A stretch of 52,756 nucleotides of DNA from a virus. The stretch covers positions 1 to 52,756 of IMG/VR virus record IMGVR_UViG_3300009983_000001; one strand, given 5' to 3'. Made by a program: the position numbers and the translations under genes. The notes under the pieces are model-generated. The model was not told the DNA's origin. It ran no database searches and saw only the letters and a list, made by a program, of their open reading frames with translations. Shown here piece after piece: positions 27,140 through 34,801 of this stretch (position 1 is its first letter; every line of letters begins with the position of its first letter).

Positions 27140-27504
27140 CCGGCGAAATCATCCAGCAAACCCCCGTGCCTGCTACCCAGCCGTTGATTCCTCCGGCCCC
27201 GTGGTACACGTCGCCCGCCCAAGTGGCCGGCGTCATTGCAGGCTTGTCGCAAATCGCATCTATCCTGATTCGCTGGTTTCATCTCGGCATCACCGACGAA
27301 CAGTTGCAAGGATACAGCGCCGATGCGTTGCAGCTTGTCACGATTGGCGCGGGCCTGTGGGCGATGTACAGTCGCCAAACGTCGTCAATTGCACCGCTGA
27401 CGATGACCCGCAAAGGCGCGGACGCATTGACAGCGGCAAACCCGCCGTTGCTAGATGTCGACCCGCGCAAGAAACCCTCAACCCCTACGGAGCCAACCCC
27501 GTGA
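27136..27504 (+). CDS. Two-TM membrane protein (holin candidate)
   Basis: ATGA-coupled. Hydrophobic segments AQVAGVIAGLSQIASILIRWF and LQLVTIGAGLWAMY. Confidence 0.5.
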   Translation: MTGEIIQQTPVPATQPLIPPAPWYTSPAQVAGVIAGLSQIASILIRWFHLGITDEQLQGYSADALQLVTIGAGLWAMYSRQTSSIAPLTMTRKGADALTAANPPLLDVDPRKKPSTPTEPTP

Positions 27505-27839
27505 AGCTGCCAAACCTGTTTACCTGTGTCGTTTCGTTGTTGCTCGCGTTCGTCTTGACGGCGTGCGCTGCGTTCCCGGCGAAGTCGTTTAACGATAAGC
27601 TTGCCGTTGGTTACACGACCGTGGCCGCTATTTACGACGTAACGGCGGTCGCTGTGCGCGCCCGCAAGCTGACCGCCCCGGATGCAAAGAACATATTGGC
27701 GCAAGCCGACAACGTCCGAGACGCGCTCGACATCGCACGTGATTTGTACACCGCAAAAGATGCGGCGGCAAATGACAAGCTTGCGACCGCAATCGCCACC
27801 CTCAACGCTCTACAAACCTACTTGGCGTCGCACCAATGA
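27501..27839 (+). CDS. Lipoprotein (spanin-like candidate)
   Basis: GTG at 27501 overlaps the TGA. Signal peptide plus lipobox LLLAFVLTAC, then a helical Ala-rich body. Confidence 0.55.
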   Translation: MKLPNLFTCVVSLLLAFVLTACAAFPAKSFNDKLAVGYTTVAAIYDVTAVAVRARKLTAPDAKNILAQADNVRDALDIARDLYTAKDAAANDKLATAIATLNALQTYLASHQ

Positions 27840-28066
27840 ACACCGCAAACGTAATCGCAGCCCTTGAAATTGCATCGTTGCTCGCGCAGCGCGTGCAGTC
27901 CATCACCGATCAAGTACGCGCCGGCCAAGAGTCAGGCCAAGGCATCACCGACGAACAGCTTGCCGCTATTCGCGCCGGTGTGGATACTTCCCGCGCGAAT
28001 TTGATCGACGCAATCAATTCGTTGGAAAGCGAAACACCAGCGCCGGAACCCACCGACGGCCCGTAG
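27836..28066 (+). CDS. Hypothetical protein (lysis-cassette associated)
   Basis: 76 aa, ATGA-coupled. Confidence 0.45.
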   Translation: MNTANVIAALEIASLLAQRVQSITDQVRAGQESGQGITDEQLAAIRAGVDTSRANLIDAINSLESETPAPEPTDGP

Positions 28067-28105
28067 CCGTCGGGCCTCTCATTTGATCGCAAAGGAGCCC
28101 TCGAC

Positions 28106-28390
28106 ATGGCCGATTCTAAAAAGGTTCAAGTATTCAGTTCGGGTGGCGTGTTGACAGCACGCGCTCCGGGCGATACGCCTGCGCCGCTTGCACAAACCGG
28201 CACGCCGATCGTGACGGGCGTCTACACGGTGCCTACTCTACCCAGCGCAGTTACCTCAGGTGCAGGCGCAAGGGCCTTTGTAACCGATGCCAATGCTACT
28301 ATGGCGGCCGGCATAGGCACCGCAGTAGTTACGGGAGGGGCCAATAAGGTGCCGGTGTATTCCGATGGGGCCGCATGGCTTATCGGTTAA
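28106..28390 (+). CDS. Hypothetical Gly/Ala/Thr-rich protein
   Basis: 94 aa with motif GARAFVTDA...PVYSDGAAWLIG. Last rightward gene of the late arm. Confidence 0.5.
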   Translation: MADSKKVQVFSSGGVLTARAPGDTPAPLAQTGTPIVTGVYTVPTLPSAVTSGAGARAFVTDANATMAAGIGTAVVTGGANKVPVYSDGAAWLIG

Positions 28391-28412
28391 GATAAAACGG
28401 CAAGTCTTGACC

Positions 28413-28742
28413 CTACCGGCTCCGTCTGCGCCGTTTCTCAAACTGTCTGTACCATCCATGCGGCTGCGGCTCCGGCTTCATCGCCGGAGACATCTCATGC
28501 GGCTTTAAGGCCCGCACAATCATTTTATCGAGTAGCTCGCCGGCGACAATATCCAATTCGTCAGGCGTGCATCCGTGCAATTCAGCGGCAAGGAAGTCGT
28601 AGCCGCCGTGGGTGCCATGCGCCCACAGGTGCGCCTCAATCCGGGCTAGGTCTACCGCCGTAAGATGATCGCACACGATGGTAATCTGTGGGCACGGTTC
28701 GTCAGGCGGCGGAAAGCTGACGATGTCGTCGGCGTCGATCAT
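28413..28742 (-). CDS. Hypothetical protein
   Basis: Internal ATG at 28742 overlaps the helicase stop (ATGA); 109 aa. Confidence 0.5.
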   Translation of the reverse strand: MIDADDIVSFPPPDEPCPQITIVCDHLTAVDLARIEAHLWAHGTHGGYDFLAAELHGCTPDELDIVAGELLDKMIVRALKPHEMSPAMKPEPQPHGWYRQFEKRRRRSR

Positions 28743-30205
28743 GCGGCCTCTCTTGCGGTAATCCGCTCGTCCATCAAGAACAACGAAGTCTTTGCGCGAG
28801 TGGTTGCAACATAGCATAGGTTGCGTTCTTGCTGCTGCTGCCAATCAAGACGAGCCCACGGAGCCGGGCACTGCGACGCGTTCAACCAGAACACGCGCTC
28901 GCCTTCGAGCCCCTTCGCTTTATGGATGGTTGCGAGCGTGATAGACGCAGCGGCATCGGAGAACAGCGACTCGATCAAACGGCACAGCGCCGGCACCGTG
29001 CGGTCATTCTCTTCGAGTGCGTCGATTAGCGTCATTATGCAGTCGCGTTTGTCGATGATCGCTTCGGCTTTCGCGTCTTGTTTCTTGGCAATAGCTTTCT
29101 CGTGTTCGCGAGCGCTCCATGTGAACAACTTATCGGTCAAGCCATCAATGCCCTTACCGTTTAATCGATTGATCAATGAGACGAGGCCCGCGCCAATTTC
29201 ACGGCCCATGATCTTGGCCGGCACGCGTAGCTTAATGAGTCGATATACTAATGAAATAAGCGGCTTGGTAGTGCGGCACACCACTAGATCGCCACTTGTA
29301 AACGTGCTGGCGTTCCAACGCTGCCCAATGTCTTTTACTTCGCCAGCCGGCGCGCCCGGTGCGGCCTCGATGTGTTTCACCCACTTGTGGGCATAAGCAA
29401 CAATGCTCGTTGGGCAGCGATAGGAAACCGTAAGCGGCAACTCGATGCAATCGAACTCGTCAGCAATCAACTGTAGCGAGTTGGAATCGGCACCGCGAAA
29501 ACCATAAATCGCCTGTGCGGGATCACCCACGGCTAACAGCCGACTGCAAGGCTTCATGATTTTGCGAATGATAGCGCGCTGTATGGCGTTGGTGTCTTGC
29601 GCTTCGTCAACAAACACATTGTCGAATTTCGGCAGGCTGATGCCCTCGCGCACTGCCAGATACAGCAAATCGTCGAAGTCCACGAGAGGGGATTCGTTAG
29701 ACCATCGCAGCAAGTCGCTTGCCAATTCTGCGGCGCGTTCTGGTGTGGCGCGTTCGCTGTCGAGTTCGAGGTCGTGATATTCAATCAACGACAGCCAAGC
29801 GTCTTGCGTGTCTGCGATCAAACAACCGATGCCCGCGTTACGACCGAGACCGACAAGACGACAAATAAACGTGCCGTACATTTTGAAATCGGAGCCTTGC
29901 AAGTTTTGCTCGCAGATTATGCGCAACTTGTCCGCTACAACTTCACGTTGATTTTTGAACTGCATCACCGCCGAATACGTCAACGAGTGGAACGTGCGAC
30001 CGTTGACTCCGCGCCCCTTCATGGCTGCCGCAATCGACTTGTTGAACGCTAATACGACGTGCGAGCCTTTGGTGCGCTTAACCGCTTCCTCGACGGTCGT
30101 TGATTTGCCGGAGCCTGCAACCGCTTTAATAATTGCGTTGCCGGTGCCGGATTCAACGAAATCGAAAATGTCAACTTGGTAAGGCGACCATGTGCGAGTA
30201 TTCAT
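28739..30205 (-). CDS. UvrD/Rep-family SF1 DNA helicase
   Basis: 488 aa. Walker A AVAGSGKSTT, Walker B VFVDEAQD, and C-terminal ...ATIHKAKGLE...YVATTRAK. Confidence 0.85.
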   Translation of the reverse strand: MNTRTWSPYQVDIFDFVESGTGNAIIKAVAGSGKSTTVEEAVKRTKGSHVVLAFNKSIAAAMKGRGVNGRTFHSLTYSAVMQFKNQREVVADKLRIICEQNLQGSDFKMYGTFICRLVGLGRNAGIGCLIADTQDAWLSLIEYHDLELDSERATPERAAELASDLLRWSNESPLVDFDDLLYLAVREGISLPKFDNVFVDEAQDTNAIQRAIIRKIMKPCSRLLAVGDPAQAIYGFRGADSNSLQLIADEFDCIELPLTVSYRCPTSIVAYAHKWVKHIEAAPGAPAGEVKDIGQRWNASTFTSGDLVVCRTTKPLISLVYRLIKLRVPAKIMGREIGAGLVSLINRLNGKGIDGLTDKLFTWSAREHEKAIAKKQDAKAEAIIDKRDCIMTLIDALEENDRTVPALCRLIESLFSDAAASITLATIHKAKGLEGERVFWLNASQCPAPWARLDWQQQQERNLCYVATTRAKTSLFLMDERITAREAA

Positions 30206-30220
30206 GCGGGCAGCTCCGTT

Positions 30221-30260
30221 CGTTCAGTGTGGAGCAATCTTAACTGACGGGGTCGTCAGT
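30221..30260 (-). promoter_or_regulatory. Conserved 40-nt promoter/leader block with palindrome (copy 1 of 3), upstream of the helicase gene
   Basis: cgttcagtgtggagcaatcttaaCTGACGGGGTCGTCAGt. The same block occurs at 49473-49513 and 49982-50021. On the minus strand, TGGACA and TAAGAT flank the palindrome. Confidence 0.6.
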
Positions 30261-30278
30261 TGTCCAGTGACGTACGTC

Positions 30279-32141
30279 TCAGTCTTCCCACTTCCCGAAA
30301 CGTTGTGCTTCCCAAGCGTCGGGCACCTTAATTGGCCACGGTTGGCCGTCTTCGCATACCGCCCAAGCTGGCAGCGGCCGCACGCAATCCATATAACCGG
30401 CAATGCTGCCGACCCCCTCCGGTATCTCACACACTTGTTCGTCATGAGTGTGCATTATGACTGGATAGCCGGCACGCTCCAAACGCAATAACGCGTCGGC
30501 TTGAATCTCCCGGCACATGTGGGAGATGACGTTTTGTGTTTGAACCCCGCCGTACAGCGACATTCGCACCCAACCTATTTTGCCCTTCGTTGCATTCGAG
30601 TTACTTCCCTCGTAACTCATCTCGAATTCCCATGGGCTTGCATAGTTGCGTTGCGAGGGGGTCAGGCGTGGCGCGTGATAGCGAATGAAACCGCCGGAGG
30701 GCGGCCGGCAATACAACACGTCTTCATGTACTTGATACAAAACCCCAAGGCGCGAGCCGGGGTTCGAGTTGAAGCATTCACCGGGTTGCAGGATCGCCGA
30801 TATGGCTGCGCCTTCGAGCCCGAATAAAAGTTGCTGTTCGTCGTGCTTAAACTTATTGATGGTTTGGCCACCCCAAAACTTGACAATATTGGGGATAGCG
30901 TCGCGCGTCTTCAATACCACGGCTTTGATTGCATCGTCATCACCGAGTAGATCGTCAGCGCCGAATCGCTTCCAACCATTCACCCACGCGCCGAAGTCTG
31001 CCGACAATACCGCCAGCTTGCCGAGCTGCCGATCGTCGTGGTGCTTGCCGTGCTGTTTCTTGTACGCTTGGTACTCTTCGACCGACTTACCCGTCAGCAA
31101 TGCGGCTTGCGCTTCGTAAATCTTACCGTGGGTTCTGAACACGTCAATACGCCATTGCTCGTTAGCCATGCAAGATGTTGCGACCGCCTGTATAGCGGTG
31201 AAGTCCGCAGACATCAAACGGTGCCCCGGCTTGGCAATGATCATCGAACGCAGGCAGCTTGCAACTACTTCGAGGGCATCTAACGCGCCGTTGTTCTTTG
31301 GATCGAGCGCCCACGCGGACCCCTCGCCGTATTCGTATTCGAGCAATTCAATAGATCGGCAACGGATGATTGCGAGCGCGTGCTCGACTTGTTCGGGTTT
31401 TGAAAAAACGCCCTTGTATAAGTTGGCAGGCTGCACGCCTCTACCGTTCCACAGTGAGGTGTGTGCGCCGTAATAGGTGTATTGATCGTAAAGCCGACCC
31501 GACGCTGTCGTCTGCGATCTAAACGCGTAATACTTTTTGCAACTACCAAACGCGAGGATTTGCCGGATACGCAAGACACGCAACACGGCGGGCGGGTAGT
31601 CGGTGCGCTTCAATGCGTCGGCAAGTGTGTCTTCGTCAAGCTCGTAAAGGTAAACGCCTTGCGTGCGCATCCATTCGAGCATTTTTGCGACTTCTGTTGA
31701 CTTCTGCACCGCATGGTTTGTTATTTCACGCAGCTCGCTGTTGTAGCGCAACTCGGCTTGCTCAATGATGACAATGCAATCTTCGACCGCTGCGGTATCG
31801 ACTTGCATGCCGCGCATATTGATGCGCAAGTCGAGCTTCCACACATCTTGCTCGCGCGGCGTTAGATCGGGAACACGGGCACTAACGTGCGCCTCGGTCA
31901 CGATGTCTTGCTTGTTGTATTCGTAGAACCGCGCGAAGTCATCGGCGGCCGTGAATGGTGTCCAGCGCAACGACTGATTTGCCTTCGTGGGTTTCTTCGG
32001 CATTGTCAGCTTGCGAATTAGATCGCTGCCGGCTTTATCTTTTTGTTGCGATACGTTCAACACTGCGCCGAGTTCGCCAAGTGCGCCGGGGTATGCGGAC
32101 GCGCGAGCCTTCGCGGCGCTGCAATGTGCTTGATCGGTCAT
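30279..32141 (-). CDS. Family-A DNA polymerase, large fragment (Exo III motif plus polymerase domain)
   Basis: 620 aa. YNKQDIV (Exo III-like), motif A-like SADFTAIQAV, motif B-like RQLGKLAVLSADFG, motif C MHTHDE. Confidence 0.8.
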   Translation of the reverse strand: MTDQAHCSAAKARASAYPGALGELGAVLNVSQQKDKAGSDLIRKLTMPKKPTKANQSLRWTPFTAADDFARFYEYNKQDIVTEAHVSARVPDLTPREQDVWKLDLRINMRGMQVDTAAVEDCIVIIEQAELRYNSELREITNHAVQKSTEVAKMLEWMRTQGVYLYELDEDTLADALKRTDYPPAVLRVLRIRQILAFGSCKKYYAFRSQTTASGRLYDQYTYYGAHTSLWNGRGVQPANLYKGVFSKPEQVEHALAIIRCRSIELLEYEYGEGSAWALDPKNNGALDALEVVASCLRSMIIAKPGHRLMSADFTAIQAVATSCMANEQWRIDVFRTHGKIYEAQAALLTGKSVEEYQAYKKQHGKHHDDRQLGKLAVLSADFGAWVNGWKRFGADDLLGDDDAIKAVVLKTRDAIPNIVKFWGGQTINKFKHDEQQLLFGLEGAAISAILQPGECFNSNPGSRLGVLYQVHEDVLYCRPPSGGFIRYHAPRLTPSQRNYASPWEFEMSYEGSNSNATKGKIGWVRMSLYGGVQTQNVISHMCREIQADALLRLERAGYPVIMHTHDEQVCEIPEGVGSIAGYMDCVRPLPAWAVCEDGQPWPIKVPDAWEAQRFGKWED

Positions 32142-32263
32142 TTGCCGTCTGAGGGTTTAGTAGGTTTAGGTTTTGCGTGATGTATAAGCCATTCATGTTC
32201 AAGCGCATCTACGCGTAATTGATACCAGAAAAAATCCCACTCGCTAGGAGTAGATTGGCTCAT
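32138..32263 (-). CDS. Micro-ORF 4 between the polymerase fragments (41 aa)
   Basis: MSQSTPSEWDFFWYQLRVDALEHEWLIHHAKPKPTKPSDGK. ATGA overlaps at both ends. Confidence 0.4.
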   Translation of the reverse strand: MSQSTPSEWDFFWYQLRVDALEHEWLIHHAKPKPTKPSDGK

Positions 32264-32451
32264 GACTGCTTACCCTCAGATTCACGTGGTAAGCGCACAA
32301 TCCCATAACCCTTTGCTTGCAGCTCTCGCAACAGAATCAATCCGCGATCTATATAGTCACCGCAATTTTTATCTTCCGAGACGATCCGAACTATCTGACC
32401 AAAGCGCCAAGCCTCGTCATTGTTTGGCTGGTTGTCATAGGTGAGTATCAT
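32260..32451 (-). CDS. Micro-ORF 3 between the polymerase fragments (63 aa)
   Basis: ORF track 32260-32451. ATGA overlaps at both ends. Confidence 0.5.
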   Translation of the reverse strand: MILTYDNQPNNDEAWRFGQIVRIVSEDKNCGDYIDRGLILLRELQAKGYGIVRLPRESEGKQS

Positions 32452-32663
32452 GATGTTGGTTCTCCTGCCTCAAGAGGTTGTAACCGAGCCAGCAGCGATC
32501 TGTTGGTCTCGTGGTGGCAAGCTGCATCGCCATTACCCTTGTTGATTTGTGGCGTATCGCAATACTGGCCAGCGCGCAGATAACAGCAATGCCAGCTAGC
32601 ACAACGAACAGGGCGGTTCGGCAAATCTCCGCGCTGCACTCTAGTGACATTTGGCACTTTCAT
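32448..32663 (-). CDS. Micro-ORF 2 between the polymerase fragments (71 aa, Cys-rich)
   Basis: ATG at 32663 within ORF 32448-32720. ATGA overlaps at both ends. Contains CASWHCC...C...C. Confidence 0.4.
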   Translation of the reverse strand: MKVPNVTRVQRGDLPNRPVRCASWHCCYLRAGQYCDTPQINKGNGDAACHHETNRSLLARLQPLEAGEPTS

Positions 32664-32851
32664 GACTGGGAATCTCGTGTGGTCTTCGGTGAGCGGTACG
32701 GAGGCTCGGGCTCTAACCAAAGCCGCCCGCGTCCAAATTCATCGACGCAGTAAAACTCTTGTTCAAGACGCTCAGGAACAAGACTGGCGTTCGGTGTGTA
32801 CGTGCGAAAATTGCCAGTCGGCCGCTTCTCAATGAACTTGTGATCTTCCAT
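32660..32851 (-). CDS. Micro-ORF 1 between the polymerase fragments (63 aa)
   Basis: ATG at 32851, preceded by ggagagaag. Confidence 0.45.
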   Translation of the reverse strand: MEDHKFIEKRPTGNFRTYTPNASLVPERLEQEFYCVDEFGRGRLWLEPEPPYRSPKTTRDSQS

Positions 32852-32879
32852 CACTGCTTCTCTCCGTCTGTAAATGGTT

Positions 32880-33383
32880 TCATAGGGGCGGCAAGCCTTG
32901 GTCGTCGCAATGAAACGGGGGCCAGCCTAACACCGGCACGCAATGAACATTCCACACAACCCATTCAAAGTTAACGTTGTGCGCTTCGAGTTGGCCGCCG
33001 GCTGCAACGTGTTCGAGTAAGTGCCACGGGTGCAACCAATGGCCGTTTAAGTGATTGCGGTCTAGTGGCGTGTAACGTGGGTATGACTTGTAAGGTATCG
33101 ACGGATGAGGCCGCCACCATTGCACGCCGTTGCCGTCTTTGAGATTCCACGCGACTGACAACACCTCAAAGCTGTGATGCTCGACGTAATTACGCGTACC
33201 TACCGCTTTGAGGCCGCGATTTTGGTCTGACAACCCCGGCAGCGACTCCCACTTCTGTTGTAGATGATTCCACACAAGGCCCGCTTCACTGTACGTTTCA
33301 AAGTCCACGTCGGGCAGTATTGTTGCAAGCCCGATGCCCGCAACGTATTGAGTGCCAGCGCGCGCGAGATGCCAATCGGTCAT
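32880..33383 (-). CDS. Family-A DNA polymerase, small fragment (3'-5' exonuclease Exo I/II motifs)
   Basis: 167 aa. DVDFETYSEAG (Exo I-like DxE) and HNVNFEWVVW (Exo II-like). Ends where homologous single-chain enzymes would continue. Confidence 0.7.
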   Translation of the reverse strand: MTDWHLARAGTQYVAGIGLATILPDVDFETYSEAGLVWNHLQQKWESLPGLSDQNRGLKAVGTRNYVEHHSFEVLSVAWNLKDGNGVQWWRPHPSIPYKSYPRYTPLDRNHLNGHWLHPWHLLEHVAAGGQLEAHNVNFEWVVWNVHCVPVLGWPPFHCDDQGLPPL

Positions 33384-33601
33384 GGTTTTCTTTTATTTGG
33401 AGCGGGGGCAACACTGACAATTACGCGAACAAATCGAACTTCCTTTAACCATTCTGCCTGTGCTTTCGGATCACAGCGGCAGCCTTCAAGGTAAGCGGCT
33501 TTTGCTGCTTTTCGAGTTCGACGAATGGCGTAATGCCACACCCATTCACTTCGGCCAGTGACAATGGGAGCCCACATCAGCGATGGTTTTACTGTGTTCA
33601 T
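33380..33601 (-). CDS. Hypothetical basic protein
   Basis: ATG at 33601 (M7 of ORF 33380-33619). ATGA-coupled to the exonuclease fragment. Confidence 0.45.
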   Translation of the reverse strand: MNTVKPSLMWAPIVTGRSEWVWHYAIRRTRKAAKAAYLEGCRCDPKAQAEWLKEVRFVRVIVSVAPAPNKRKP

Positions 33602-33621
33602 GATAGAGCCTTCGCCCATCT

Positions 33622-33683
33622 CCCCGCTGTTGCTCGTTAGTTTCGTGCCATGTAGACAAGTCTTACATCGAGTAACAGCGGGG
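33622..33683 (-). other. 15-bp-stem hairpin downstream of the SSB region
   Basis: ccccgctgttgctcg ... cgagtaacagcgggg (1 mismatch) with a 32-nt loop. No U-run follows. Confidence 0.35.
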
Positions 33684-33693
33684 CGGGACTCAA

Positions 33694-33790
33694 CTAGAAC
33701 GGGATATCGTCATCGAACGCAGGATCGTATGGGTACATGCTGCCGGGGTAGAGATACCCCGGCAACCTACCGTTCACGATGCCCTCAAAG
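33694..33790 (-). promoter_or_regulatory. Candidate +1 recoding site CTT_TGA and the 30-codon +1-frame extension ending FDDDIPF
   Basis: Minus strand reads atg gtg agg CTT TGA ggg. The +1 frame is open only from inside this site and reads EGIVNGRLPGYLYPGSMYPYDPAFDDDIPF*. Confidence 0.45.
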
Positions 33791-34801
33791 CCTCACCATA
33801 TGCCCTGCGGCGATCATGGCCGCATCCACCCACCCGTTCTGTCGGAACGCCTCATAACGTCCTCCCTGTGGGTTTGCCATGCGATAGCCAGCCGGCGCGC
33901 CCAATGGGTCGAGGGCTGCTGCGGGAGGCGCTGCGGGGGCCGTGGGCACGCCCGGTGCTGCGCCCGCCGCTGGTGGGGCAATAAAGCTTGGGGAAGGCGA
34001 TACGGGCACCGGAGCCGCTGCGGCAGGTGTCGGCGCTGTCATCGGTGTGGCTGGGGGCACGTTCGCAGCCGGAGGCCCTGTGGGCGTCGCTGGGGCACCC
34101 ATTGGGACGCCGGCAGGCGTGGGGCTCGCTGGCACGCCCGGAGCGGCGGCAGGGAACGCAGCGGCACCCACGGGGGCCGCCGTCACACCGGCAGGCAGCG
34201 CGGCACGTCCGAAGCCTACGGCACGCGGATCGGGGCCGCTTTGGATTTCCTTGTCGGGCGCTCGAAACGCAACCATGTTGTGATTGACGTACACGCCGGG
34301 CTTTTGAGCGTTGCCGTTGCCTTCGACGGTGCCTAACACCTCAATCCAGAATCCGGGCTTGACGAGACCGGGCTGCAACATCGGGTTGCCTTGGGCGTCG
34401 AATATTTTCGCAGGGAACATCGAGCTGAATTTTACAATCCAGCAACCGGCGTGCCCTTCGCGGTCGGAGTTCTTGCGGCCATTCTGGTTTGGGATTTGAC
34501 TGTCGCCATCTTCAATTTTCCACGCGAAGTTAGGCGAACCGGTCTGACCTTGCGGCCATGCTGCATTAGCAATTGCAAGAATCTGCGAACCCCATGCCTC
34601 AAGCCACCATTGCGCTTGCGTCTTTTGAATCGCAACGGCGAAGTAGTAGCGCACGGTAGGCTTGCCAGCGTTGGCCCCTGACTTAACCGTCAGTGGCGCG
34701 CCTTGCATGTCCTTGTCTTGGCCTTCGTACAAGCTGCCTTGAACGAGACGGCCGGGCGGAAATAGAATGGTGTTTGCGTTTTGTGTAGCGGGTGCGTTCA
34801 T
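33785..34801 (-). CDS. ssDNA-binding protein candidate (T7 gp2.5/DUF2815-like core plus Pro/Ala/Gly linker), 0-frame product
   Basis: 338 aa next to the Cas4-like nuclease, with a long PAG-rich linker. An SSB-type tip DDDIPF lies just downstream in the +1 frame. Confidence 0.55.
   Translation of the reverse strand: MNAPATQNANTILFPPGRLVQGSLYEGQDKDMQGAPLTVKSGANAGKPTVRYYFAVAIQKTQAQWWLEAWGSQILAIANAAWPQGQTGSPNFAWKIEDGDSQIPNQNGRKNSDREGHAGCWIVKFSSMFPAKIFDAQGNPMLQPGLVKPGFWIEVLGTVEGNGNAQKPGVYVNHNMVAFRAPDKEIQSGPDPRAVGFGRAALPAGVTAAPVGAAAFPAAAPGVPASPTPAGVPMGAPATPTGPPAANVPPATPMTAPTPAAAAPVPVSPSPSFIAPPAAGAAPGVPTAPAAPPAAALDPLGAPAGYRMANPQGGRYEAFRQNGWVDAAMIAAGHMVRL

Noticed and set aside
28391-28412. Terminator between the convergent late arm and the leftward replication arm
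   Set aside because: The 22-nt gap contains no convincing stem-loop or T-run.
32435-32650. 71-aa alternative frame with a TM-like segment in the polymerase gap
   Set aside because: It competes with frame 32448-32663, which has ATGA overlaps at both ends like the rest of the genome. I kept the coupled frame, but confidence is low for both.
33697-33741. 14-codon ORF MYPYDPAFDDDIPF as an independent gene
   Set aside because: It is too short, has no RBS, and encodes exactly the tip expected at the end of the upstream SSB-like protein. I interpret it as the out-of-frame C-terminus (see findings).
33779-34336. Plus-strand ORFs (185, 113 and 99 aa) opposite the SSB gene
   Set aside because: They are reverse frames of the Pro/Ala/Gly linker. 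The same applies to the plus-strand ORFs opposite 36781-37725.
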